A stretch of 64,000 bases of DNA, from assembly GCA_964035545.1 (NCBI GenBank), contig OZ037765.1, forward strand, positions 31,433,504 through 31,497,503, in the 5' to 3' direction. Below the pieces are notes generated by a model. It was not told the DNA's origin. It saw nothing but the letters and a program-made list of their open reading frames with translations, and did no database searches. The position numbers and the translations under genes were made by a program. The number at the start of each line of letters is the position of its first letter. Position 1 is the stretch's first letter. This DNA is from Bugula neritina (lineage: Eukaryota; Animalia; Bryozoa). Shown piece after piece: positions 1 to 13,713 of this stretch.

Positions 1-157
<157 letters not shown>

Positions 158-2719
158 CATGCCGAATATTTACTACAAATTTCAAAAATAGCATAAGTTA
201 AATAGTATTACCGTGCCTATTTGCATCCAATTTACTAGTCTTACATTTATAGCAACTGTAACGTATTTTGTGTAAAATGGTTATTGCAAGCATTATTCAA
301 TTCATATTCACATTGTAATCACAGCGAAGCTTAAACTTTATAGCTTTGTATTTACGTGCACGATTAAGTTTTAATTTTTTTTAAAATTTTATATGTATTG
401 AAAATATGTTTAAAAACTTTACCAATAAACAAAACTAAAAAAAATGAACACATAATATAAAAAAAAAATAAAATCACAAAAGTGGCAAAATTTTTCCTTT
501 ATAACTTATATAAACTTGCGGTACCATTAGCGACATAATGATTTTTCATGGTTTAAAGTCAACACTCTTAATATACCACACTGCGCTGGGTGAGTAGAGC
601 GAATTGTTTCAATTTTAATCGCTGCCTTTAGAGTAAGAACCAGTTTGTCTTCAAGCACTTGCGTGATAGGGTGGTTACACTTCAGTCGCCACTTTGTTGT
701 TTGTATTCATAACATCAGTTTGCAGCTAGCGGTTCTAATTTTATGTATTTTATATTTTCAAACTTAAATTATTATTACCACTGTTGTAAAATCATAATGT
801 ATTGGGTATTGGATTTAGTGATACTCATAGTCATACTCATACTGATAGTGATACTAATATTCTAACAGATTTACTTTTAGTCATGCTCTTCAACTTTAAG
901 TTTTACAGTGTTAATAGTCTCTGAACTGAGTACGTTGTCATAACCAGTCATAAAATAAAAATTATTAATAAAGCTAAACCAGATTGAGATTGGGATTATC
1001 ATTAATATTATTATCATCATGATCATCATTAAATCAAAATGAATAACATTTAATTTTATTTTTGCTGTTACAATATAATTCAATATGAATAAAGAATAAT
1101 TATAATGATGACTTGTTATTGATGAAAAAGTTAAATTTTTAGCTAAATTGAAATTGATAAAGTTAAAAGTAGTTGATACTGATACTGAATCTCAATCTGA
1201 TAGTGATAGGCCTGTGGCTGTTTCCTATTGCCTATTGGTATCTAATAATTATTTATGTTTTTGTATTAAGTAATTTTGATATTTAATTTTATATCATTTT
1301 CAATACCATATTTATGTTAATTTAAATTTATGGTACCTGAGACCAATCTCAATATGAATATATATGTTATTTAACTTCAATGAGTATGCAAGCGCCAATA
1401 GTTGTAGTCATGGTTATTTAGCTAGGTGCAGGAATGGAGATTTTTAGGAATTTTTTTTCTGCAAATGCAGTTGAAAGTTCCCATACTTTTGTTTGATTGG
1501 TCAATGTCAATATTTTTTGTTGAGTAAAGAGCTTTAGATAGCTACAAGTGTTGACTGTAGCCTAAAGCACTTAGAATATTATGTGGAAGGGGCTAATTAT
1601 TTGATTTTATTGTTTAATGTGTATTGATACTTTGTCTTTAAGGCTTTCTTAAGCCTTAAATGTATTATATTCAATTGTCCATTGCGTGCAACTAGTAATT
1701 TTCTGTGTTAAGCTAAGTTTCCAAAAAGTAGTGTGGTGCTATTGTTTGAGAGAAGCTGCAGATTTATTAAAGGAAAGCAACTTCTCATGCTACAATGAAC
1801 GCTAAATTCAGGTTATCTTAGAACTTTAAAGTCCATGTTGTTAGATTTTAATGGTAAATATATTTGTATTTGTTGGTTGTGTTCTGTCTGTTGGTTGTGT
1901 TCGACAGTTGCTTGGATGTTTTACACAGAAGTGTAAAATGGTGGGTTTGGTTGATTAAAATTACATGTAAGGCAGGGGCTCTGACAACTGGTAATGTTAT
2001 TTTTAGTTTTTCCATTTAGTTGTCAATTTAGTGGTCCAATAATATTATTGCAGCTAGATGTTAGGGCTTCAGGAAACTCCTAGGAAAAAAGAGATTATAG
2101 ATTATTTTAGAACTGTGTCTAATACTTTTGTAATGCAGTTATGATGTTCTTAATACAATTTCTCTAACACTCAACAAATGTTTAAATTTTTGAAATATAT
2201 CATTCATTGAAATCTAGCATTCCAATACTGGTATATAAAAACTCGAAGATTCTAATATTTTCAACAAACTTGATTGACAAGCCTTAGGGTTGAAGAGAAG
2301 TTTTAAAAATTATAATATCCCAGCAAGAATTTTAAGTATTAAATATTTTAAGAAATTTGATATTAAAAATACATTCTATTGTATTTGTAGCTCTAACATT
2401 CATTATCTTATAAACACTGAAGCAATAAAACGTTTTTTTTTATAGTGTTGGGAGTTCTAAAAAAAATTAGTGCATCCTTCATTCTTTGCTTTTTCAAAAT
2501 TTCTCTGCTTATGTTTTTGCACCTAAAAGCTGCTTTGGGAATAACTCTCAGAAGTGATTACATAAATTGTTTTCAAGTGAAGCAGTTTAACAAGAGTTAA
2601 GATAAGTCAATTGTCAATCAGCAGAAATTATAGTTTATATGAAATAAAATCTAACAAGTTGCATATCAACGAAAATTGAAATTAAGAATTTTAAAAATGT
2701 TTTGCTCTTTCACAGTGTA

Positions 2720-3156
2720 ATGACATCAAATGGACCTACAGTTTTTCCATCCTTGCTTCCAAATCAACTTCACCATGCTTGGTTTCCAGAGAAATACCAG
2801 CTAGCTAAAGAATCTGCTATAACCAAAGCAGAAGAGGCTTATGAAGCATGGAAACATGCTTTGCGTAACCAAGGAGATGGCATTCCACTCTATGGTATGC
2901 TTATTCAATATTGTACACAATTTATCTTTTATATTGTGCATAATCAAAGTTGGTCATTCCATATACATATGGTGTTAATCCTTTTTCAGGAAAAATTAGT
3001 GATGAACATCTAGTAGACCCGAGAGAAGAGGCGAGTGTGACAGACAATACTTCTGAAGATGATTTAGATACTGATGTATTAGATGACCAAGACTCTTTAC
3101 ATGACAATGATATAGATATGACCCCAGCTAACAATAATACCTCTCCTATATTGTAG
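2720..3156 (+). CDS. ANAPC15: Anaphase-promoting complex subunit 15 (2 coding exons: 2720-2894, 2990-3156)
   Basis: The spliced protein MTSNGPTVFPSLLPNQLHHAWF...EAYEAWKHAL...IPLY|GKISDE plus an acidic tail matches the APC15 pattern (FPSLxP...WF...AW...PIGK, then D/E-rich C-terminus). The GT-AG intron 2895-2989 is in phase 1. Confidence 0.8.
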
Positions 3157-4909
3157 CGCATGCTCAATTTTTACAACTATATTCTAGCTGGGTGGCAGGC
3201 CTATATTGTTGCACATTTTATACCCAATATATGTCATATATAGTAATAACTTGCTAGTATATATAACATAACTTATAATTAACATATTAATGCTCATTAA
3301 TTGTTGATACAAAGGAATAAAATGTTGCTGTATTACAACACAGTTGGCCTTTGCCCATTGCAAAATATGTTGTTTTCCTCTTCACTTAGGTTTCTCGATT
3401 TCCTGCTATTATATTTTTGAAGCTATAAACTTTGCTAGAGTCTAAACTTGCAATGAGCTTCACAAAGGATTTATATATCTTCAAAGTTGCAATTTTCACA
3501 CTTTATGATCTTATATTTAGAACTAAAGCATTATATTTATTTTACTTTTTGTCTGTTGCATAAACTGCTGGGTTATTTATGTTTTTTTTTCAGGAAATAA
3601 TTAACTGATTATATACTGATGTTGAAGAGCTGAATTTTTTTCTAAACTTTTAAACAAGTTAATATTGCGCTCAGATACATAAATACAAAATTTACTGATC
3701 ATATTATATATGCATGTAACTGCATTGGTGACAAATTTACTTCTGCAAGCATTACAAAATGTACTTGAACGAATCCAGGATTTGTGTTCTCATTCAAATA
3801 GAAATAATGCGCATGCGTTGCATTTTTGTTGTGTATAGAGATCCTGTAAAAGTATTTTCTCACTAGTGAATTGTGTATTGATAAATTTTCTGTTTTTCTA
3901 ATTGTTGGCACTCTCCTTGGTAAAAAATATTTTTTTCTCATATACAATTAATATCTTATAGTAATTATTTGATTCTAACTAAAGCTTGATAATATTACTA
4001 TTCGCTAGCAATAGCTGTATTCTAATGACTATAAGTATTAGTATAAGATTAAGTGTTCTATTTTTAAAATTAATTCTCAAACTGTCAAAATAAATCATTC
4101 TCATTCTGATTCAAGCAGATTCAGCTACTGCGAAGTCTTATTCTTGGTTAAGAAAACTATAGTTTAAATTTTTTTTTTTAAATTGTAATTTTTATAATAT
4201 AGCGATTTAGTTATTTAGGGAACTTGAGCTGTTGCCATACTTTAACTTATAGTTTTACTGTTAGTGTTACAGTTTTACTTTTAGTTTATAAGTTATAATA
4301 TTTTCATTTATTAATAATAATCATAATGGTAATGCTAATTATTTTTATTTACTAATTTAATTATAACTGTAAGTATAAATATATTCATGATAATGATACT
4401 AACTAATACTATTACTAAGTCTAATAGTAATACTAATAGTAATGACAAATTCAAATTGACTGAATCAATTTTTATGCTAATCTCAAAGTCAATTTGTAAC
4501 AATAAATATTTGATTTCTGATTATACATCAGATAAATTTATTTAACAATATATTTATGTAAACTTATAATTGGTGGAACTGGCTAGTAATTACATACATT
4601 TAGTAGTTCAATTTAATATAACCTAGTGGTGTCATTTTTAAGCCAGATTTTAATAAAATAGTATTTCTTGTAATCAAAGAATTGATCATAATGACATCAT
4701 TACTGATCATTTCTGATTGCCCAATATTAACAAATTTTCGTAAACTTAGTGACACTGAACTTAATCAAGCTGTAGCGTTAATGTTTTTAGCAGGATGAGT
4801 CTATTTTTAGGCAAAGTAATTGAAATATCTGCAGATCTTTTATGAGTTGACTAGAAATAATTTTGCCTGTGGAAGTTTTGGTGAAGATTATTTTTGCTTT
4901 ACTTTTATC

Positions 4910-7900
4910 ATGGTAAGTTTTTATTTCTATTTCTGTTGGTAATCTATGTGATAATTTGTTTCACATTTTCAATTTATTTTTAAATTGAGCTATAAATTTC
5001 CAAGTTAAAGTTTTCATATAACTATTTAAGAGTTATAATAAATGGTCAAGAAAATACTACTATTTATATAACTACGCACATGTTGCCTGTGATGGATGCT
5101 GCAATTTTTTTCAATTTGTATCAGCTTCACTTCAAATTGAATTTTATGCTTCTTTTAGTCTAAAAAGAGCAGCAAAAGTGCAGAATGTGTAAGAGTTATT
5201 ATTCGATGTCGCCCTATGAGTGAAAAAGAAACCAAAGATGGCCATGAAAGGTAAATAAAGACATATCAAATGCAAATGGAGTGTCTAGTCATAATTGAAC
5301 TTAGCTATGTTAGATTTTTTAGATTTTCTTGCAGTTTCGTGTGTTTTTAGTAGTGTCACATATGTATGAAACCCATACAAGTATTTTTTCTTTGTGAATT
5401 AATAACTAACAATTTGCACTATGAAAGTAGTAGCTATTAACAATTGATTGCTGTTTTATTTTTACATGTTATGAGTGTAACTTGTATTTCACTCTACTGT
5501 TTTAGAGTTGTAGACATGGATACAAAAAGAGGGGTGGTTTCTATAAGGAACCCTAAAGACCCAAGTGCTGCACCTAAAGAATTCACTTTTGATTCTGTAT
5601 ATGACTGGAAGTGAGTTAGCCTTTGAACTTACACATTATAGTTGTACTGTTAGAGCTGAAAATGTTCAGTTTATGCATATAAATCATTTGCCTAAATTTT
5701 TCTTGACAATTCTTTGGAATAGAGTTTAAATTTTAAACCTTTTTTTGATAAACTAGCTTAATGCTAGAACATGAATATTTTTTAATATTTATAGAGATGT
5801 AGTTTTCTTAGTAAACAGGCATCATTGCTGTATTTATTAATAGCTCGAAACAACAAGACTTATATGAGGAAACCTTTAGAGACCTGGTGGAGTCAGTCTT
5901 AGACGGGTTCAATGGTACTGTGTTTGCATATGGTCAGACTGGCACAGGGAAAACATTCACAATGCAAGGTTCTGTCTTTCTCTTCATAGTTGCATAAGAT
6001 CATTATACTTATTATAATCAGTCTCAAATTTTTTCCATGCTTTGTTTTTTATATTAATTTTATTTTAAGGAGTGAAAAGTGATCCGGAATTAAGAGGGAT
6101 GATTCCCAACTCATTTGAACACATTTTTCAGCATATTAGTCGCTCAGAAAACCAACAGTATCTAGTTCGGGCCTCATATTTAGAGATATATCAGGTGCGT
6201 ACTGAGCATTATGTTATGTAACATTGCGAGAAGTTTTGTAAACATAACTACTTGTTCTTACTCATAAAACTTTGCTTTGATATTCACTCAGTTCAGATGA
6301 AATACTAATTCTTGTTACCCAAGTTGGACAAAATTATTTTTAATATCCTTACAATTCCGTTTTGTTCAAGTATATAGATGTTAAAACCAATTTTCCTTCA
6401 ACTTTATGTATTGTAGGAGGAGATAAGAGACTTACTGTCAAAAGACCAATCACGTCGTCTGGAGCTGAAAGAAAGACCGGATACAGGCGTGTATGTAAAA
6501 GATCTCTCATCATTTGTCACTAAAAGTGTGAAGGAAATAGAGCATGTGATGAATGTCGGGGATAAGAACAGATCTGTCGGGTAAGTGGAATCGCTAAATA
6601 CTCCGATTTTAAAGTGGTACTCAGTCAAAAACAACTAGTTATAGTTGTTCTTTCTGTCGTTGAACTACACAGTTTTCCTTTTACATCCAGTGTGAAATAT
6701 GTTGATAAACTGTAGCATGCGACCAGAGAGGTCTCAATTTTTTCTCTGCACCGAAATGAAGGAGTCAAATTTTTTGTACCCTTACATGTACTACTTATAG
6801 TTGTGTTTAGTGCATATAGATGCAACCAAAATCTATAAATGCGTTTTGGCATTACTAGGTAGTTGTATTTGAATCTGTCAGTCAAATTATACAGTTAAAG
6901 CAATATATATGGTCTTGTATGTATTGTTTTATGGTGTGTCCACAACTCACACATTTTTCTAGTACCAGCAGATGCTGAATCAGATTAATGCAAACTGTGG
7001 TGGGAGGATTGTGAAGGCAGTGACAGTTACTCTTCAAACTCTCTTAGTCATACTTTACGTTGCTAGCAGAAAGTTTTGTAGATTTTTAAAATTTTAAGAT
7101 TTGCTGCATTATGTAGTGATATGTTTACCCAGTGGTCCCTGTGGTGTAATGGTTAGCACACTTGCTTGCAAGCCAGAGGTCTTGGGTTCGATTCCCAGTG
7201 GGGGCAAAATTATTTTACAATTACTTTAAGATCAAATAATTAATTCTTCATTTTATAAAAAGAATAGTTTAAAACGTTATGATTTAGTTGCAGGCGATCT
7301 ATAGATTTTATAAAGTTTAGCATACATCATAGTTTTTAGAAATACTAAGGATTATGCAAACAAGAAATTTGTTTTCATCATTACCCTAAGACATTTTGCA
7401 AACTGAGATATGTAATCTGTTTTCTTTTAGAGCGACAAATATGAATCTTCATAGCTCGAGATCTCATGCAATATTTATAATAACTGTAGAATGCAGCCAG
7501 GTAAGTTCTCACCTCTGTGTCAAATAAGTTCAAAAAACTTATACCTTTTAACTATCAATATTATTTTAAGTCTCATCTGTAGTGCATATAAAATAACAAA
7601 ATGTTCTACTTCAAATCATTCCTATGTTTGACTCATACTCCATACTTCATACTTCTAGACTGGTGCTGATAATGAAAACCACATTAGAGTGGGCAAGTTG
7701 AATCTGGTGGACTTGGCTGGAAGTGAAAGACAATCAAAGACTGGTGCTGAGGTATTATAACTCTTCCACTCATGAAACCTTGTGTCATTTTGTTTGGTCT
7801 TTTTTTGTGGTGTCTGTGTGAATCTGGGAAATACTAAAACTTGTGAGAGACCAAATTTGAAGGTCTGCAACTCAATAATAATAAAATAAATCATCATTTA

Positions 7901-10900
7901 TCCAAGACATTTGTGCATCTACTGGTATCACATTGTATTGCTACTTTCTGCTGTTGTCTACATCTTTGCAGTAGATCATAATGATCGCCAAGGTTTGGAA
8001 TTTTTCAAATAACTTCTGTATATTATTTTCTGGTTCATTTAAGAACTTAATGAAAATTTTAATCATGCTTGCCACATTATATAGGGTCAAAGGTTAAAAG
8101 AAGCTACAAAGATTAATCTATCTCTGTCAGCGTTGGGTAATGTAATATCGGCTCTAGTTGATGGTAAAAGTTCTCATGTGCCGTACAGAGACTCTAAATT
8201 AACGAGACTTCTCCAGGACTCACTCGGAGGCAATGCTAAGACGGTGATGGTGGCTAACGTTGGGCCGGCGAGTTATAACTTTGATGAAACTGTGACAACT
8301 CTCAGGCATGTCTCTTCTTCGCAATGGCTTTTCATTGTCTGTCTGTTCTTACTTTCCTTCTGAGTACTAACACACATCATTATATTCTTGAGTCTGCTTT
8401 AGCTAGTTGAATTTAAAAAGTTTGCTTCAAAAGCACCATTATTTTAAAAAAGATAACATTTCAATGTTCAATTTTTTTATATAAATTCCTTTATCTTTAT
8501 TTTTCTTCTATATAAACTCTATTTAATTTCATGTCCTGTTAAAAATTTTAGAGTCCAAATAAAAAAACTTGTCATAAGTAGCTCAATGCATGATCAACAG
8601 TTTCTTAACCTCTGTAACAGGTGGGCAAACAGAGCTAAGAGTATTAAAAATAAGCCGAAGATTAATGAAGACCCTAAAGATGCTTTGCTTAGAGAATTTC
8701 AGGAAGAAATTGCTCGTCTAAAAGCTCACTTGGAGAACAAAGGGCCTGGTGGTGGTGGCGGTGGTGGTAAGAAGAAAAAGAAGAGAAGAACTAAGAGAGG
8801 TCCAGATGGTAGGTGACCTGCGTTCTACTTGTTGCTTGTTTTAAATGTAATAATTTGGCTAATAATTTGAAACTTTTTATAATTGCTATGGCTTCACACT
8901 CTCTTATACACTAAGTACTAGTGTACCTAGCTCAATTGGAAGTGGATTTTTGGCTCTCAGAGTGATAACTAATTCTCCCAATCAATTTTCACATGACACT
9001 ATTTTAGTCAGCCAATCAGAGAAAGATATGCTTGAGTCATACTATTTGTAAATTCACAAAAATATTTGCTTGTCCAGCTAAAATCTGTGACAAGAATGTT
9101 TATGGTGAATGATGTGGTTTTCCAACTGAAATAATTTGTGTTACTCTTTTTGTTGTGGTCATTTTTAACATCAAATGCTTAATGTGACAATTGAATTAAA
9201 TTTAGGTCAAAAGCTCGATGAGAATGGTAAGCATAGTAAAACAGATTAGCTATAATATTGTACACATACACATAGTATATCTGTTATGATGTATGCTTTC
9301 TACACTACATTATACGCTTCTTAGCTTTAAGTTTCAAGGCAGTGAACTTGTCTATCATCTTCGAATCTGTACCTTTTGTGACTCTTGAGTTGTTTTATAA
9401 CTTTCATTTATTTAAATTTGCTGTTACACATTGTTACGCAATTTGTATTTTATATACATGTAAATGTGTTTGAATGACCTACTGTAGCTTTAACTTGGTC
9501 ATAATCCATGACTTGTATGTTTGCTGATAACATTATAGGGCTGTCTTACAGGGTTGGAAAAAAGCTACAATTTTTTACACCAGATAGTAGTGTGGTTCAA
9601 AAGCTATGACACCATTGTATTTATTTACCTTTTCTAACTATATGGTACTGAATTTTTATACTACATTGACATCTTCTACTGCCCTACTCTATGTATACAT
9701 GTATGCGAGATGGAATGTGTAGGAGAGGTTGTTGAAGTCTCAGACGATGATGGGAATGATGAAGAGTCCACAGAAGATTTTGAGAAACAGCAGTGGGCCA
9801 AGTTGGAGGAGGAGAAAGAAACTATCATGTCAAATAAGAACATGCTGTCTGAGGTATTTCCTTCAAGACGTTGTGCTTCAGGTTGTGCTGCAATATAAGA
9901 GTTTTGTGTTTCGTAGTTCTAGGTAAAGAGTTATAAAGAGTTGGCTAATATTTCATGCACAAGATGTAAAAGCTTATTAGGATATATTTTAATTTTACAA
10001 TGATTATTTTAGCAGAGAACAACGGTGAAATTGCATGAAATATATTTCCTAAATCCTGAAATTTATTATTTGTTGTGATTGACTCTAGCCTCATCTTAAA
10101 TTTTATATGTTATATTACATGCAATTGTTCTTCTAACTGATATAGAGTTAAGTGTCCAGAATGTTTTCTTCTGTAGGAAAAAGAAAAAATATTGCAAGAA
10201 CTCTCTGAAAGAGAAGATCGACTTATGAAAGAAAAAGAAGCCAAGGAAGCTTTAGCTGCAAAAATAAAAGCAATGGAAGGAAAACTCCTTTCCGGAGGAG
10301 ATATCGTGGATCATACAAATGAGCAGGAACGAGCTCTGCAGAAACGCCGCCATGAAATAGCTGAACAGAAGGTTATTTCTAGAATATGCAATTTATGTTG
10401 TTGCATTGACAGTGATTTTACTACAAGTATTGTCACTTTAAATATTTAAAGGCGTCATAACTTCAGAGTTTGATGGTTGGTGACGGGTTTTAGTAGAATT
10501 TGGTTGTTGAGAATGAATTGTGTTCTAACATTTTTAATGTTGTGTTTTACTGTTGTAGAGGAAAGAAAGGGAAATGCTGCAATCGTTGGAGAAACAAGAA
10601 GAAACGGCTGTAGAGATCAAAGAGACGTACAACTCGCTACAACAGGAAGTGGATGTTAAAACTAAAAAGTTGAAAAAGGCAAGACATGTTACTATAACTA
10701 ACCAATCAGAATGTTGCTACTACAGTTAGGGTATCAGAATGTGTTACATTCAGTTGGGAACCTTTATCTTATGAGAGCAATTTTTCAAAATTTCTAAAGC
10801 ATAAAATATTCGGGCTGGTATAACAAGTGAATTTGTTGGATTACTTACTTTTTTCAATATAATTTATGATTAAATTTGTGTTCTCTTTCTTAAGCATCAT

Positions 10901-12782
10901 ATTAATAGAGGTAGAGTATATAAAGCTGAATAATAGAGCTGCAGTTATAAGAAAATATGCACCAGAAGTTCAGAAATGTTGCAAAGATTATTTCTAGCCG
11001 CATAACTTGTGTATAAGTTAATAATATTGGTGGTGATCTTTACAGTTATTCAACAAGTTGCAGCAGACGCGTCAGGAAATGCAGGAGCTGCAGGAAGAGC
11101 ATATACGAGAAAGACAAGAACTTGAACAGACCCAGGAAGAACTCACTAGGGAACTGAAGCTAAAGTTGGTTTAATTTGATTTGCTTCAAAACAAAATTCT
11201 GAGTTCAAATCTAAATCTAAATACCAACCATGTTTATTTGAAATGTTTTTAGAAATTGTTATTAAATTATCATAATTTACTTTGATATAATTAATTATTT
11301 GCATTCATGAAGAACAAGAAAAATTAAATAATTTTTTAAGGAAATTAGGCTTGTGGAAGTCAGCTGTCTTTTTATGATTCTTGATTCTGTTGCAGAATGC
11401 TGATTATAGATAATTTCATACCAGCAGAAGACAAGCAGAAGGTGCAATCTAGAGCAGTGTATGATGAAGACAAGGATCAATGGACTCTATCTCCATTCAC
11501 TAAGGCTAAGTAAGTATACCTACATCTACCCTGTAGTATCTTAGAGACCATATTGCCCAGAGAGTAAGTTTTTTATTCTAATGTTCTATTTTTCCCAGTC
11601 CTGGTCAAATGATGAAGAAGCCAGTTTCAGCTCTAAACAATAGAAGACCCGTGTCACAGTATGCCAAGATGGCAGCCACCATGGGAGGCAACCCCCGATA
11701 CAAAGTGAGTTAGAGATCAAGCTAAGTATCTCTGATGTCTAGATACTTTCAACATATTGTTTGTAATGTAGATTTGGCGCATCGGCTTTTTCCACGTGAC
11801 ACACTAATATCCTTGGATGTTATTTCGATTCAAATTTTTTATTACCGGTAAAATATGATGACAATTGTAGGGAGAGAATATACTGTCTTTAGAGTTGGAT
11901 ATGCCTAACAGAACTACTAGAGACTATGAGGGGCCTTCCATAGCCCCCCGAGTGCAGGCTGCCATAGACGCTGCTCTTCAGGTAATATACGTACGGCGTC
12001 TCTGGTTTTCACACTAAATTATATTATCAGTTTTGTAAACTATATGTATGACTTCTCTGCAGCTTATATTAAAATATGTAAATTATACTGTTACACTCAA
12101 TTATGTTATCTGTTTGGCTCATGTAAGTTCTGGGAGTAGAACCTAAAAGAATGTAAGGCTATTCCTCAGCTCTTGAACAAGTTATAAATTTGTCTTATTA
12201 TGTTATGACAGATGAATGTACTTTCTTCTATACATCAACATGGCGGGCTCTTTTCTATGCATCAACATAGCCTGTTGTTTATTGTTTCAATGTTATATCA
12301 CATATTTTATTATCAGAAGTTTTTTTGTGCTTTTTGCTGATTTAACATAGGGTTACGTGTGACATGTTTTCCGTCTTTCAATAGAATTGATCTTGCAGCT
12401 CACACATTTTAAAAGATGATGTCATCATCCAGGATTGTTTCTGCGTATATGCGTGTTATTTAGTAGGACTTTCCCTGCATGTATAGGAGGCCTATGATGT
12501 AAATGTTCATTCCCATTTGTATTCTAATTCATAGTTGTAAAGCAAGTTATGTTCTACTATGATGTATGCATCCTAGTCCTGCACAGTTAGATTATATCCA
12601 TTCATTGTACTATATTTCAGGATGAGGAAGATATTGACATTGATGGCACACCATCCGTTCTCACTGGCAAGAAGAAATCATCCTCAAAAAAGAAAAGCTC
12701 AAGACTTACTTCTGCAAAAGCCAATCGTGCTAGTAACAATGGGGAGATGTTTCCCTCGGCCCGTGGCCTGGTTGGAAAATGA
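4910..12782 (+). CDS. KIF3B: Kinesin-2 motor subunit, KIF3B/KRP95-like. Exons: 4910-4912, 5159-5250, 5506-5610, 5844-5968, 6070-6194, 6417-6580, 7431-7500, 7659-7751, 8085-8305, 8621-8808, 9206-9226 (microexon), 9723-9853, 10177-10371, 10559-10678, 11046-11164, 11396-11509, 11599-11704, 11871-11981, 12621-12782
   Basis: Motifs present: [10 protein letters not shown]-loop [38 protein letters not shown], neck [16 protein letters not shown], stalk [16 protein letters not shown], tail [16 protein letters not shown] and C-terminal FPSARGLV. Exon phases are consistent throughout. Confidence 0.95.
7135..7206 (+). pseudogene. tRNA-like sequence (tRNA pseudogene or tRNA-derived SINE head) in a KIF3B intron
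   Basis: It has an A box (TGGTGTAATGG), a B box (GGTTCGATTCC) and foldable D and T arms. The acceptor stem has three G-U pairs, and the anticodon arm has a mismatch and a 6-nt loop. Confidence 0.6.
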
Positions 12783-13713
12783 AGAACGTCGTGCTAAGAA
12801 ATGTGCCTGCTATGACATTTAATCAGTAATTACTTAATTTATTGTTGGAATCTTTGAAACATGTTTATTTGTTTTAGACAATCAATATCTTATATATTAT
12901 ATGGCAAACACACATTGATTTTGAGTTGCTTTACCTTGTTGAAGATAGGTTAACTTTTGAAAACAACAATTATAACTTTTCAAGTTAAAAATGTTTCTGT
13001 TAACTTATAAATTCAGTTTTTTAAAATCATAAGTATTAATTAATGTTATTTTTGTTTAATTTGCATCTCCTGATACTTAATAATTGTTATATATTACTTT
13101 TCTTGTGAAACAGCTTCTGTTTCTATATCTATTTTTTGTGTTTATCTGCTGATGTGTATATTTATTGCCAGTTAGTCTCCACCCATAATTTTTATACATC
13201 ATGATTAGATAATGTATGCATGTGTAATGTTTAACAATATATAGCTAATATTAGCTTTTATACAATGTTCATATTTTTGTGCTTCATATATTACCAAAAC
13301 AATTCTTTTACCGAATTCTTGTTTTAGTTCTTAAGCCTGGAAAAGACATAATTTATTAAATAGCTGTTGAAAAGCCAAGAACTAAAAATGGATGCACTTC
13401 ACAAGCACATTCATACAATACTCAGATATTATATTGTAAATATAATAGTGTAACATCTTGCATACATACCGTATATCAATCAGAAAAGATGTGGGGAACA
13501 CCATACCTGGTATCAATAACCAATCAGACTTGACGTAACTAATCCTAAATAATTATGGAGTTATCTTTTCTATTAAAGCTGGTGGTACTAGCGTTTATTT
13601 TTGTTCAGACAACACATTCGGTAGGTAAAAATATAATCAAAATATTGTCATTAGTAATATAACATGTTTACTAGCGCGAAAATTAAAAGCAAAACACAAA
13701 TCTTGCATTAATC

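Noticed and set aside
7135-7206. Functional tRNA gene
   Set aside because: The anticodon loop is 6 nt with a mismatched stem and the acceptor stem is weak; kept only as a pseudogene or SINE head.
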